64,000 bases of DNA from Macrostomum lignano. Its lineage: Eukaryota. The notes under the pieces are model-generated. The model was not told the DNA's origin. It was given only the letters and a program-made list of their open reading frames with translations, and made no database searches. The stretch is from assembly GCA_002269645.1 (NCBI GenBank), contig NIVC01001433.1, forward strand, positions 201,438-265,437, in the 5' to 3' direction. Below, piece after piece: positions 1-12,648 of this stretch; position 1 is the first letter of the stretch, and each line of letters opens with the position of its first letter. Position numbers and translations under genes: made by a program.

Positions 1-3000
1 AAATAGGCTAGACAACGCTTAGCCAAAGCAATAGTAGGATCTGTAGCGCTAGCAGCCGAATTGAAATAATCAATAGCAGCCGATGTGATCAACTGTACAG
101 AGTCCATATAGGGCACGTGCGGCCTACGCGACGGCACCCTGCCGGGCTCTAATTCTAAATGCGCAATCGCGGATTTGATCAATCCAATTTGACCAGCCGA
201 CAGCATGCACTGCAGTAGGAGACGTATCGGTCGGCCAGCGGTGACCAGAGCGGCCAGAGCTCCAGTAGCTAGCGTATCTAAATCCCGCAACAGACTGGTA
301 ACCTTCTGCAGGTCAACTAGCGAACCCGACGAACTATTCGAATCTAATTTTCCAGCCGAAACAGACTCCGAGCACCACACTTGAACTTCTTGTCTAGCCA
401 CCTGCTGTAACAATAGGTCGGCTTTGGCAGCGTCGAGCGAAGCTAAAGCTGCCGGGCTCCTAGCGGCGGACACGGTGCCGACGCCGCGTCGGGAAGCCAC
501 CAGACGACAGGCGTCGACGCGTTGACGAAGTACTTTAGCCTTCTCAACAACGGCAGGAGCTACTGATGAGGTGAGCTGAGCAACTAGATCTGCCAGTCTC
601 CCAGCAGCGACTAGGTCGACCGAATCGGCATCGACATAGGCCGCTTCTAGCGCCACATCGGCTAAGAGAGCTTGATCGGCTAAGAACCCAGCCGCTGATG
701 AATTGCCATACGAACTAGCTGGTGGCCGTTCAACATAGGCTGCTACTAAGCCTAGTTGGCCTTCATTAGCCAGGCCTAGTAGGAGCCTGCGCAACAGATC
801 TCTGCCGAGGCCTTTCTGCCTGGCCTCCAGCCTAGCCAGATGCGGCGCCAATCGGTTAGTAACATCCGATAGGAAATCTTCTTTAGATTCTCGGCGGCTA
901 ATCAATAATTGGCAGCGTTCCAATTCGGTCAGGTCGCGCAGGTTGGCTAGGCGAAGATAGTCGGTGCCGCCGCTGCTGCCGCCTCCGACACTGCCGCCGC
1001 CGCCGTAGACAAAGTTGGCCAGCAAGCGGACCTCTTCTAGCAGATCGTCTAAGCCAGTGAAACCGCGTTCGACGCCCAATTCTAATAGGCAGAGTGCGTT
1101 GTCAACCTGAGAGGGTAGATTCAAATTGCAGTTTACTGAATACTAATTAGCACTAGCTGATTGGTCATACAGTGTAGTAAATTATCATAAACCATACTGG
1201 TAATGATAAAGTATCATAGATAAAGAATATCGTACATTTCAAATATTGTTCATAGAGACAAGACACTGAAGCGGACCTCTTTAATGTCTTGTTATTTTAT
1301 CTCTTCGCTTTGAAACGTTTTCCATAGTAATTGTATTTATTCATTGTTTTCCGTATGCTACTATTTCACTAGTGTAGTGTATCAATTTTCAAACCTTTAA
1401 TTAGCTCGTATATTTGCCTGATGTGCTAGCGCTAGGCCACTTACACACTTGCATATGCCTTTGTTCTTTGTCATTAAACTATGTTTTGTCAACATTGGGC
1501 CGTATGCAGAAAGCCTAGTCCAGACTAGCTAGTCCGGACTTGGGTAATTCAGTCTATGGTATTATGGTCCAGCTACCCTAGTTCTGTCTATAGTAGACTG
1601 GTCTAACTTTGCGCTTCTGCATACCAAATTTAAGTCCAGAATAGCTTTTCAAGACCGGACTACCCTAGACAGAGCTTTCTGCATACGGCCCTATAGAGCA
1701 ACTCATTCGCTGCATTAATACTTCTTCAGTTTTAGTGTTGTGTTTCCACTATTTATTTTGCTTATATTAAAGGCTTTTTAATAAACGATGTGTTACAGGT
1801 TATCTTGTTTATACCGAACAATAAAGTAACTGTATTCTATCCCGGGAATCCTTCCAGCAATGGCATCGTACAGTCAAGCTAAGCGACAGAGGCGTAGTGC
1901 TTCGTTGAGGGCTACGCTCGAGGACGTCCAAACCACACTTGAGACCAGTGCAATGGGTGATACAAACGCGAGGTGATGAAGTGACTGAGTCGGACGGACG
2001 ACGAATCCTCGGACAACCGCAGCTACTACTCCTGCGATGACGTGGAGGATGTGGAAGCTGCTGACGAGATTGTGGATGTGCCATCATTTGATTTTGCCTA
2101 TGAATTGGCCTTGTTTGTTCTGATGTTCAATCTGTCTCGTGCTGCAGTGGAGTGCTTGCTTCGACTTCTTATTCAAATGGGTGCCAATGTCCCCCCGTCT
2201 TTTTACCTATTGACGAACGGGAATAGGAAGAGTGTGGCCCCTGCATTGTCGCTTACCTGCGGTGGTACTTTTTCTTACATGTCCTTTCGAGAGAACATCA
2301 ATGTGAGCCGTCCCCGTGCGCTGCGCGCTCTTGTCAGCCCCGCTGTCCAATGTAGGTCGTACTCTCTCTCCCGCCAGCCAACTTAACCCTTCGGCCCTTG
2401 CAATATTCAAACCCCCACCCCATTCAGTTCTTCTCTCCTCTGCAGCCAATCGGCTTGAGCTTTGGCCCTTCTAGCATTATGTACATCGTATTGCATATCG
2501 ATCAACCACAATATATAATAGCACGCAAGGCTAAGTGGAAGCCTAAGCTTTTTTCCATTCGCAATTAATTGAGCCTTTACAATCAAGTTTTGGTTAGATA
2601 AATCGTTGCTTTGCCTTGACTCACTCACTGCGTGTTGAATCATCTGCCATTGGCATTGACGAGCTTATCAATATCGACGGATTGCATCTTTACAAGAGCA
2701 GCTCTGCGTCTCTTTGGCCCATTCTAATCTAGTTTGAAGGCTCTCATATAATTCTTCCTGTTGCTTTGCTCTATGGGGTTTTTTAAGCTAAGCGTCGATG
2801 AGTATCTGCACGATTTTGTCAACGAAGTCCGTCTGTTGAGGCAGACAGGGTTTGAGTATAACGGTAAGCTTTTTAAGCTCAGTTATCTAACGTTCATTTG
2901 CGATGCTCCTATGCGTGCTTTTATACAATGTATCGCTGGTCATACCTCTACTAACGGGTGTGGCTATTGCCGAGTCACTGCCAAGAAAGAAAACGACCGG

Positions 3001-6000
3001 ATGGCTTTCCCTGTGTCCGTTGCTGCCCCTAGTGAGAATTAGCTGTATGCTGAAAAAGAAAAAAATAACCACCAGCAAAGATTGTCTCTGCTTTGTAGCA
3101 CTGCATCCTTGTTGACTGAGTTCCCATTGGACTATCGTCTACGTCTAGTGTTTGTCTTGGAATTTTCAGGCGTCTGTTCAAGTTTTATTTTCAAAAGGTC
3201 AAGTCGTTTCGTCTTTTTTGTCGTCTTACCAGTGCTCAGTTAACCGCATTATCTGACAGCATCGCGTCTTGCAGAAAGTATTTTCCCTGTGAGTTCCAGC
3301 GCGCCACGAGGCAATTGGACAAAGGGCTGAGCAACTATAAGGCAAATGGATTTCGTTCTCTTATTCGTTACTGTGGCCCCTTTCTTTTCAAGTTCTACTA
3401 GCCCGCCCTGTACTTTCAGCATTTTCTCCTTCTACACTTTGCAATTTTTGTCTTTGCTTCCCATCAACTTAATCAGTTGCACGAGCAGGCAGCCAGTGCT
3501 ATTAAGCTGTTTGTTTTTCAGGCACGTGAGCTGTTTGGTTCTACGAGTAGTTCAATTTCCTACAATTTTCATATTCTTTGGCATCTTTTGACTTTGTCAA
3601 GCGTTATGGACCCTTGGGCAGTTTTTTACTTTCTGTTTTGAAAACTACCTGGGAAGACTGAAGTGATGAATCAGGTAAGTTCTAGTGGTCGTCAGTCATG
3701 TCAGTAGGCAAGCTGTGGCACTCAGAGAGTTGGATTCAGATAAGCGTGATCAGAGTGAATATTTATACAAGACCTCTGGACCAGACAACGGCGCTATTGT
3801 AAATGTCCTATACGTTTCTACTAACTTCATTAATGGAGATAAAATCGTCAGTGGATTCTCTTGTATTTCAGCGGAATTCTTAATATTAGTATGTACGCAC
3901 TGTCGCGGTCCAGAATTACGGGTGTACGACAGGGAAATGCTATCGCTTTTCCGAAGGATGTGGAGCACGCTATTTTTCCACTGTGACTGTTGCGTCTCTG
4001 TCGGGCTTGATTTTTCCTGTTTTCTTTTCTGGTAGTTTTTTTCGGTATTGTTCTGCGAATCATCAAGTTGTTTATATTGCCTTGCGTTGGAAGTTGCATT
4101 GTTAGTGATATTAAATATACTCCGCGTCGTACCGTATGGTTGCTTGGTTGATTATGGATCAAAGAGATTGATCATAGAGACACTTCCATTATTTTTTATT
4201 ATAGAGACACTCCTATTGTTGATCATAGAAACACTCCTATTATTGATCATAGAGACACTCCTATTATTGATCATAGAGACACTCCTATTATTGATCATAG
4301 AGACACTCTTATTATTGATCATAGAGACACTCCTATTGTTGATCATAGAAACACTCCTATTATTGATCATAGAGACACTCTTATTATTGATCATAGAGAC
4401 ACTCCTATTATTGATCATAGAGACACTCTTATTATTGATCATAGAGACACTCCTATTATTGATCATAGAGACACTCTTATTATTGATCATAGAGACACTC
4501 CTATTATTGATCATAGAGACACTCTTATTGTTGATCATAGAGACACTCCTATTGTTGATCATAAAGACACCCCTATTGTTGATCATAGAGACACTCCTAA
4601 TATTGATCATATAGACTCCTATAATTGATCAATGACACACCTATTATCGATTATAAGTACTTCTATTACTGATCATATAATAGTTTTAAAATGAGTACTA
4701 TTCATAGCACACATACCTGCAGCGACTCAGCCTCGATAAACCTAGCTCTGTCGGCAAGCCAAGCGGCAACCTGAGCAGAAGTCAGCGGATTGGCAGCGGC
4801 CGCCGATTCCGGAGCCTCAGCGTAGAGCGACGCCATCTCGGCAGCGGCTTCATCAGTGGGCGGAGACGCCGGCACGGCAAGCACGGCCTGATCGCGCCAA
4901 GCCCAGTCGGCCAGAGCCGATGACGTCACTCTTCGAGGCCAATCCAACAGATCGGAATCATGCAGTCGACGCCCGGCGCTAGGCAGTAGAAACTCGTACT
5001 GCCTAGGACTGTCGCATTCGGCTGCGTTGCTTAATATTAATAGCCGATGTGGCAGCAACTCGTCCGTATAGTGACTAATCACGTGATCAACGGCGTCGTA
5101 GTTGCCAAGCCGGGCGTAGGATACGGCTAAGCCTAGAGGAGTTTGCCGACGAAAATCGGCGAATTCTTCGGCAGTGTACCGTTCGGGAGCTCTGTGTCGA
5201 CCGCCGAGTACCTGCGAGTGAAAAATCGGGCTGGAAAAATAAGAATTCGTATTAAAGAGAAAAACGGCCATTTTCGGGGCCACCATAAGGCCGCACTATT
5301 CAGTAATGTATTGCATGTACTTGTAGCAAAGTAGTTATCGTGTCGGACTCAAGACTTGAAGATCGGGGGTTCGATTCCCGATCCCAATGGGACAATTGGT
5401 GTCCCCCCCCCCAGTCTATGGACGGAACAGCCGAATGCAGCCTTCAGATGCGCCGCGCAATAGCTACGGCTGAGCTGTCATTAGCACATCAGGCCCAATC
5501 AGGGCAGGCGAAATCGATTGTTATTAACATAGCCATTTAAATTATTTCGCAATTGAAACTAAAACGGCCCTCTTTGGGGCACAAGTATATGTAACTTCGA
5601 GTTATTATATACTATTTGTTCAAACAAAAAATTCTATACCTGTTCATAACAGTCCAATCTATGCAGGTGGGCCAACAGTTGCCTTCTAGTGCGCATCAGT
5701 TCTCGCTGTTCCGGTCGCAATTTTTGCCAATCTAAATTGGCCAAACGATTAGAACGGTATTCCTGCGGATTGGGAATTGTCAGGTTGGTGTTCAGGTAAG
5801 ATGGCACAGCGGCAACCAACTGAGGGATCAGGGAGGGTTGGGGTGGAGGAGCAAAGTGAAGGATGAGGGAGGGTGTGGAGGGGCACAGCGACAACCAACT
5901 GAAGGATCGGGGAGGGTGGGAAGGGGCAAAGTGGCAACCAACTAAAGGATCAGGGAGGGTGGGAAGGGGCAAAGTGGCAACCAACTAAAGGGTCGGGGAG

Positions 6001-9000
6001 GGTCGGGATGGAGCGCAAAGTGGCAACCAACTGAAGGATCAGGGAGGGTGGGAAGGGGCAAAGTGGCAACCAACTGAAGGATCAGGGAGGGTGGGAAGGG
6101 GCAAAGTGGCAACCAAGTAAAGGATCGGGGAGGGTCGGGATGGAGCGCAAAGTGGCAACCAACTGAAGGATCAGGGAGGGTGGGAAGGGGCAAAGTGGCA
6201 ACCAACTGAAGGATCAGGGAGGGTGGGAAGGGGCAAAGTGGCAACCAACTAAAGGATCGGGGAGGGTCGGGATGGAGCGCAAAGTGGCAACCAACTGAAG
6301 GATCAGGGAGGGTGGGAAGGGGCAAAGTGGCAACCAACTGAAGGATCAGGGAGGGTGGGAAGGGGCAAAGTGGCAACCAACTAAAGGATCGGGGAGGGTC
6401 GGGATGGAGCGCAAAGTGGCAACCAACTGAAGGATCAGGGAGGGTGGGAAGGGGCAAAGTGGCAACCAACTGAAGGATCAGGGAGGGTGGGAAGGGGCAA
6501 AGTGGTAACCAACTGAAGGATCGGGGAGGGTGGGAAGGGGCAAAGTGGCAACCAGCTGAAGGATCAGGGAGGGTGGGAAGGGGCAAAGTGGCAACCAACT
6601 GAAGGATCAGGGAGGGTGGGAAGGGGCAAAGTGGCAACCAACTGAAGGATCAAAGAGGGTGGGAAGGGGCAAAGTGGCAACCAACTGAAGGATCAGGGAG
6701 GTACAAAGCGGCCTAAAAACACCCGAATGACCTAAAAAGGCAGTGAAAAACAGCTCTCCCGACAATCCAAATCACCTCTTCATTTCGCTTCAATCTGTCG
6801 CGCTCCTCCTGAGCAGTCAGCCTCTCCCCAGTATAGTTCATCTCAGCATAGATATTGGCATCCGTGAGCACTAGCCGGCCCTGATCCTCGCCCTCGCCAA
6901 TAGCCGTGAAGCAGTCGACATCAGTAGCCCTTAGGCCGAACTCTAACAGATCCCTAGCCGAGTCCAAATCTTTCGGCACCCGATGCAGGCACTCGTGCAG
7001 CACCCAGTGCCGCTTGTTAATCCGAACTAGAAAATCGTCAATAGCCGACCGAGTCATCAGAGACATTTGCCACTGCCGCTGATACACTAAATCGGTATCC
7101 AAGCCGTAGTTTCTGGCTAGCAACAGGGCTTCTCCGTATTCGTCCGAGTCCAGTTTCCACTGGAACAGCTCGGCGGGTGAGGTCCGTTTAAAGCACACGA
7201 TTCGATAGTCTCTCGACGCCGTGTACCGACTGCGCTTCGACGACGACGGGCTGTCGAAATCGCCGTTGTCGCCGCCGCCGCCGCCTCCGTCAACGGTGAA
7301 TAGGCGCTTCAAGCCCACTCCGGTTGCCCATAGCAACCCGTGAGCCGCTCGGTAAGCCGCCCAGCTAGCCGAACCGACAAGGCCGCCGTCTCTGCCTTCT
7401 TCGTCTCGGTCATCGTCGTCGTCGTCGTCATCGTAGTCGGCGGCATCGTCGGCTTGTCGATCGTCGGCGGAGTCAGTCTGGATTTGTCGATAGGATTGAC
7501 TAAGTCTAATTATATATTTTACTTAATCTGGCCACTACAATCTTGTTATACTCAAGCTTTGGGTGTTCTGAATCTGGTCACACAGATTTAGTCACTCCAT
7601 GACCTGATCACTCCCTGAGTTTATCACTCCCGGACCCTATCACTCTCTGACCTTATCACTCTCTAACCTGATCACTCTCTAACTTGATCACTCTCTAACC
7701 TGATCACTCTCTGACCTGATCACTCTCTGACCTGATCACTCTCTGACCTGATCACTCTCTAACCTGATCACTCTCTGACCTGATCACTCGGATCTTATTA
7801 GTCTGACCCTATCACTCGCTGACCTTATCACTCTCTGACCTTATCACTTTCTGACCTTATCACTCTCTGACCTGATCACTCTCTAACCTGATCACTCTCT
7901 GACCTGATCACTCTCTGACCTTATCACTTTCTGACCTGATCACTCTCTGACCTGATCACTCTCTGACCTGATCACTCTCTGACCTGATCACTCTCTGACC
8001 TGATCACTCTCTAACCTGATCACTCTCTGACCTGATCACTCGGATCTTATTAGTCTGACCCTATCACTCGCTGACCTTATCACTCTCTGACCTTATCACT
8101 TTCTGACCTGATCACTCTCTGACCTGATCACTCTCTGACCTTATCACTTTCTGACCTGATCACTCTCTGACCTTATCACTCTCTGACCTGATCACTCTCT
8201 GACCTGATCACTCTCTGACCTGATCACTCTCTGACCTGATCACTTTCTGACCTGATCACTCTCTGACATTATCACTCTCTGACATTATCACTCTCTGACC
8301 TGATCACTCTCTGACCTGATCACTCTCTGACCTGATCACTCTCTGGCCTTATCACTCTCTAACCTGATCACTCTCTGACCTGATCACTCTCTGACCTTAT
8401 CACTCTCTGACCTTATCACTCTCTAACCTGATTACTCTCTGACCTGATCACTCTCTGACCTTATCACTCTCTAACCTGATCACTCTCTGACCTGATCACT
8501 CTCTGACCTGATCACTCTCTGACCTGATCACTCTCTGACCTTATCACTCTCTGACCTGATCACTCTCTGACCTTATCACTCTCTGACCTAATCACTTTCT
8601 GACCTTATCACTTGCTGACCTGATTACTCTCTGACCTTATCACTCTCTGACCTGATCACTTTCTGACCTGATCACTCTCTGACCTGATCACTCTCTGACC
8701 TGATCACTCTCTGACCTGATCACTCTCTAACCTGATCACTCTCTGACCTGATCACTCGGATCTTATTAGTCTGACCCTATCACTCGCTGACCTTATCACT
8801 CTCTAACCTGATCACTCTCTGACCTGATCACTCTCTGACCTGATCACTCTCTGACCTGATCACTCTCTGACCTTATCACTCTCTAACCTGATCACTCTCT
8901 GACCTGATCACTCTCTGACCTTATCACTTTCTGACCTGATCACTCTCTGACATTATCACTCTCTGACCTTATCACTTTCTGACCTGATCACTCTCTGACC

Positions 9001-11643
9001 TGATCACTCTCTGACCTTATCACTTTCTGACCTGATCACTCTCTGACATTATCACTCTCGGATCTTATCACTCTAATCGTTCGCTAATCTTATCAGTTTC
9101 TCATTTCGTCACTCTCTCAACTTTTCGTATACAATCAATGTGAATTCTCAAAACGTATAAATACCCCCCACCAAAAAGACAGACACCCACCTGTCCACCC
9201 GACGTCAATCTTCGTCGCCTCGCTCGCCGCTTTCTGACTTCGCATTCCAATATGAGAAACTGGCCAGCCTGCGGCGGCGTCACCGCCGGATACGGCTCGA
9301 ACCATTCAGGCGAAGATCCCATTATTGATTGACAGGTGGCCGCGTCCAACAGGCTGACCGAGCCGTTAGTTCGGACAATAATTAGCACAGCCTCTGACCA
9401 CCATTCAACTCCGGAGGGCCGGTCACCGGGCTTGCCCGGATACAACCGCCTGGGCACGCCAAGCACTCTGGTGCGAGACAGATGCGGACTCCGAACACTC
9501 GACAGGCACTGTTCGGCTAGGGAAAATGTTGCTATCAAATTCCCAGCCGGAAATGTCCAAACAGACACGCAGCCGTAGGCGTAACTAGCGGCTAATTTGA
9601 AACCGTCCGGCGATAGGGCCATAGAGGTGACGCAATCGGTTCGACTGCGATTGCGCAATAGTACAGAGGCTAGTAAACGGCGGGATCGGCCAAGCTCAAT
9701 CATGTCCTCCTCTAGGGCTAGGGAGGCCTACGAAATGATAGTTATAATTAAGCAAATAAATAAATATTCCAGGTGCTTTTGGTTTTTGGCCGCGGCTTAG
9801 GGCTCCCACATAGAATGTACATAGTCCTTAAACAACAACCCTAGAATGTACACAGCTTAACAAACCTCTACCCCACAATGTACAGTCCCTAACCAACCTT
9901 TACCCCAAAATGTACAGTCCCTAACCAACCTCTACCCTTCAATGTACACAGTCCCTAACCAACCTCTACCCTTCAATGTACACAGTCCCTAACCAACCTC
10001 TACCCTTCAATGTACACAGTCCCTAACCAACCTTTACCCTTCAATGTACACAGTCCCTAACCAACCTTTACCCTTCAATGTACACAGTCCCTAACTAATC
10101 AACTTCTAGAGCACAATGTGCACAGCCATTAGCCAATTGATTAAATTTTACATTCAATTCGCTATCTCACCTTAATAAATGGAAACTCGCTGATCCTACG
10201 CCACAACTGAATACCGTGCTGTAGCGGAGCAGACAGGGTAGGACTATGCCGCATAGTACAAGTGCCAAGAGCCAGAGTGCCTGACACAGAATCGTAGCAG
10301 CCGCAAAACACCGGTTGGCCAGCAACTCGGTCGCGTATATTATAAGCGCTTAAACACTGCGGCGATTCAGTTTGAGGAAACTGTTGCTGTTGTTGCTGCT
10401 GCTGCTGCGGCGGCTGTTGCAGATCCAATAGAAACTGCTTTAACATGCCGGATATGGACACTGTGAAAAGTACAATCACTCCGCCGCTGGTAGAGCCGTC
10501 GTCTCCGCCGCCGCCAGATTCTAGCATTAAGAAGGCCAGAGGACAGCCCGACGGATTGTCGGTCACCTGCGCGGGCGGGGTACCAAATGAATAGTTACGA
10601 GTAGTGTATTTCAATCGAACAATTTCAATTTAGGAATAACAACACTTGAAACTCAGAATCCAGAAATTTCAAACTAAGAATCCCACGACTAATCAGATCA
10701 GCTTTCTAAGACTCCATCTCAGCAACTCAGGACTCCCAACTCAGCATCATACGGCTCCATTATAGAATCTTGGAATTCCAACTCAGCATCCCAAGACTCC
10801 TAACTCAGCATTCCAAGACTTACAACTCAGCATCCCAAGACTCCCATCTCAGCATCCTAAGACTCCCAACTCAGCATCCCAAGACTACAACTCAGCATCC
10901 CAAGACTACAACTCAGCATCCCAAGACTACAACTCAGCATCCCAAGACTACAACTCAGCATTCCAAGACTCCCAACTCAACATCATACGGACGGCTTTAT
11001 CATAGAATCCTGGAATTCCAACTCCGCATCTGATTAAGTCTCAATTTAGAAAAGCCTGTAGAAATCCCCTCACCTGTTCAGGCGCCAGTTCGCATAATTT
11101 CTGTCCTCGAATGTTAAACACAAGGACGCCACCGTTGCTATTAGCAACGGCAATGCATTGGGAATCGGCCGACCAGCTCATCAGTCGCCATTGACAAAAC
11201 TGATCTGGCGGCGTTGCTATGACAACTAAAGCTTCATCTAGGCCTCTCTTTAAACTATACAGCTCTAATTGGCGACGTTTTAACAAAGCTAATCGTCGAC
11301 CGTTCGGCGACACGGCGATAATCCATGGCAGTCTGGTAGCTCTGTGCTCCTCAATCTCCGGCGGAACTAATTGAGGCGACACGCTCAACCAGAGTTTGTT
11401 CATCAACTGGCCGGACAGACTGTCAGCCACTGGCCGAAGCGGCGATTGTTGTCCGAGGCCAGTGTCGGCCAAATATTCGTCGTAGTCTTCGTCTACTCGA
11501 CATTCTTTGAGCAGTTTTCTGAAGTAATGCAACGTATCGTCATCGTTGCTAGCGCAGGCGCTTGAAGAATCAGCAGCTGCTGCAGCAGCGGCCGGAGATA
11601 CTGGAGAAGACGGCATCAATTCTTCTCGACGCGATGTCTGCAT
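1..11643 (-). CDS. NBAS: NBAS (neuroblastoma-amplified sequence / Sec39 family, NRZ tethering complex and NMD factor), 5' part; gene continues beyond the left edge
   Basis: Seven exons with GT-AG boundaries that join in frame: 11074-11643, 10171-10566, 9191-9727, 6776-7477 (acceptor least certain), 5640-5762, 4717-5211, 1-1106 (open to the edge); ~1309 codons in the window. N-terminal beta-propeller-like segments (PDQFCQWRLMSWSADS, GVEWWSEAVLIIVRTNGSV). NBAS-typical blocks: YGEALLLARNYGLDTDLVYQRQW, IDDFLVRINKRHWVLHECLHRVP, RQLLAHLHRLDCYE, VDNALCLLELGVERG, DYFNSAASATDPTIALAKRCL. The start Met (11643 or the next in-frame Met) is uncertain. Confidence 0.9.
1497..1691. mobile_element. ~195-bp MITE (Tourist/Harbinger-like TIR)
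   Basis: Perfect 18-bp terminal inverted repeat GGGCCGTATGCAGAAAGC (1497-1514) / GCTTTCTGCATACGGCCC (1674-1691); no coding capacity; no clean TSD. Confidence 0.65.
1850..4100 (+). mobile_element. Degenerate CACTA/EnSpm (CMC)-type transposase in NBAS intron 6, antisense to the host gene
   Basis: Ordered motifs across frameshifts and stops: NIDGLHLYKSSSASLWPIL (~2670-2730), FICDAPMRAFIQCIAGHTSTNGCGYC (ORF 2761-3042), FPLDY..LV.CLGIFRRL (~3121-3180), FPCEFQRATRQL...YKA (~3280-3350), YNFHIL.HL...GPL...FCFENYLGRLK (~3560-3665). Element ends not identified. Confidence 0.75.
4166..4615. repeat. 24-bp minisatellite (TGATCATAGAGACACTCCTATTAT)n, ~18 units
   Basis: Direct tandem repeat; produces the spurious (LLIIETLL)n ORF. 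Confidence 0.95.
5325..5535 (+). mobile_element. tRNA-derived SINE relic in NBAS intron 5
   Basis: A-box-like TAGCAAAGTAGTTA and B-box GGTTCGATTCC (~5368-5378) without a full cloverleaf, followed by a ~150-bp body. Confidence 0.5.
5808..6701. repeat. 43/45-bp G-rich minisatellite with higher-order pattern in NBAS intron 4
   Basis: Unit GGGAGGGTGGGAAGGGGCAAAGTGGCAACCAACTGAAGGATCA, interspersed with a variant containing GGGTCGGGATGGAGCGC. Confidence 0.95.
7598..9075. repeat. 16-bp minisatellite (GACCTGATCACTCTCT)n, ~90 units, NBAS intron 3
   Basis: Period 16 (e.g. GACC at 7713 and 7729); a variant block CGGATCTTATTAGTCTGACCCTATC recurs at ~7790, 8041 and 8757. Confidence 0.95.
9845..10100. 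repeat. 34-bp minisatellite, NBAS intron 2
   Basis: Unit AATGTACACAGTCCCTAACCAACCTCTACCCTTC. Confidence 0.9.
10725..10985. repeat. 21-bp minisatellite, NBAS intron 1
   Basis: Unit CAACTCAGCATCCCAAGACTA (reads as TTQHPKT in the ORF track). Confidence 0.9.
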
Positions 11644-11654
11644 GTAGCCAGTGG

Positions 11655-11917
11655 GCCGATATGTATCGAAAATGTTTAACTAGACTAAGGAAAAATCGCA
11701 CATACTTATTGAATACGTGTTTAGCTACCCTTAATAAAAATTGCACATCTGCATTAAAAAGTTTCACTTAGCGAAACTGCCGATATGTATCGAAGCTACA
11801 TTTCACCTACTTAAAGAAAAAGCCGATATGTATCGAAACTACGTTTTACTTACTTAAAGAAAAAGCGTCGAAAATATGTCTAATTTTTTTAGGAAGAAGC
11901 CGACCGATATGTATCAA
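11655..11917. promoter_or_regulatory. Cluster of four palindromic CGATA-TG-TATCG motifs just upstream of NBAS
   Basis: GCCGATATGTATCGAA at 11655, 11779 and 11822; CCGATATGTATCAA at 11904. Function is inferred only. Confidence 0.35.
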
Positions 11918-12648
11918 TAATATGTTCTTCTGGCCAAAGGAAAAGATGGATGTTTCTTTTGTACAGGTCTATATTTATTTAAATTACTATTTTTATCCTA
12001 ATTTAAACTTGAAAGCATAGAATCTAAGGATAGAAAGGGAAGCTACTTCTTAAGGATAGAAGGTGGTGGTGAATGTTTTTGGTCAATTGCCTGAACAATG
12101 AGTTTTCCAATACTATCCTTACTAAACTGCTCAAAATAAATAAAATTAACCAGATACTTGTTGCACCATAAAAACAGTGATAAAGAAACTTAATTACAGT
12201 AAGCACAGACAAACACAAGCATGTTTTATTGTTTTGCCTGTCGGACAATTTGCTGCAGATTGAACCGGTTCATTTGAATGCAAAAAGTTACCTATATTCC
12301 GGACAGGACTTGTCAAATTATCATTAATTAATAATTAGCAGTACATACAACAGGGCTTCAACAAAAACTTTACCAACACGAATAGTTGTTAAAATGTTAA
12401 TAAAACGCGATGACAGGCCTATAAGTTATTGCAAACCAACTACCTAGTAAAAACGCACGCGTTTTTTTAAAAATGCCTCAAAAAAGATGCTTTTACTACT
12501 TATTAAACTACTTTTATTACTAACAGTGTAAGTAGTGCGTTGCGGCAATGAAATTTGTCCACTTTAATTTCTGTTAAAAAACGAGATTTAAAAAGATTTT
12601 ATTAACTGGTTGGTCAAAGTTCATGCACAGAGACACGGGCTCGTGCGT

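Noticed and set aside
4048-6637. Long ORFs 4048-4614, 4152-4610 and 5942-6637
   Set aside because: Translations of the 24-bp and 43/45-bp minisatellites inside NBAS introns; periodic peptides with no domain.
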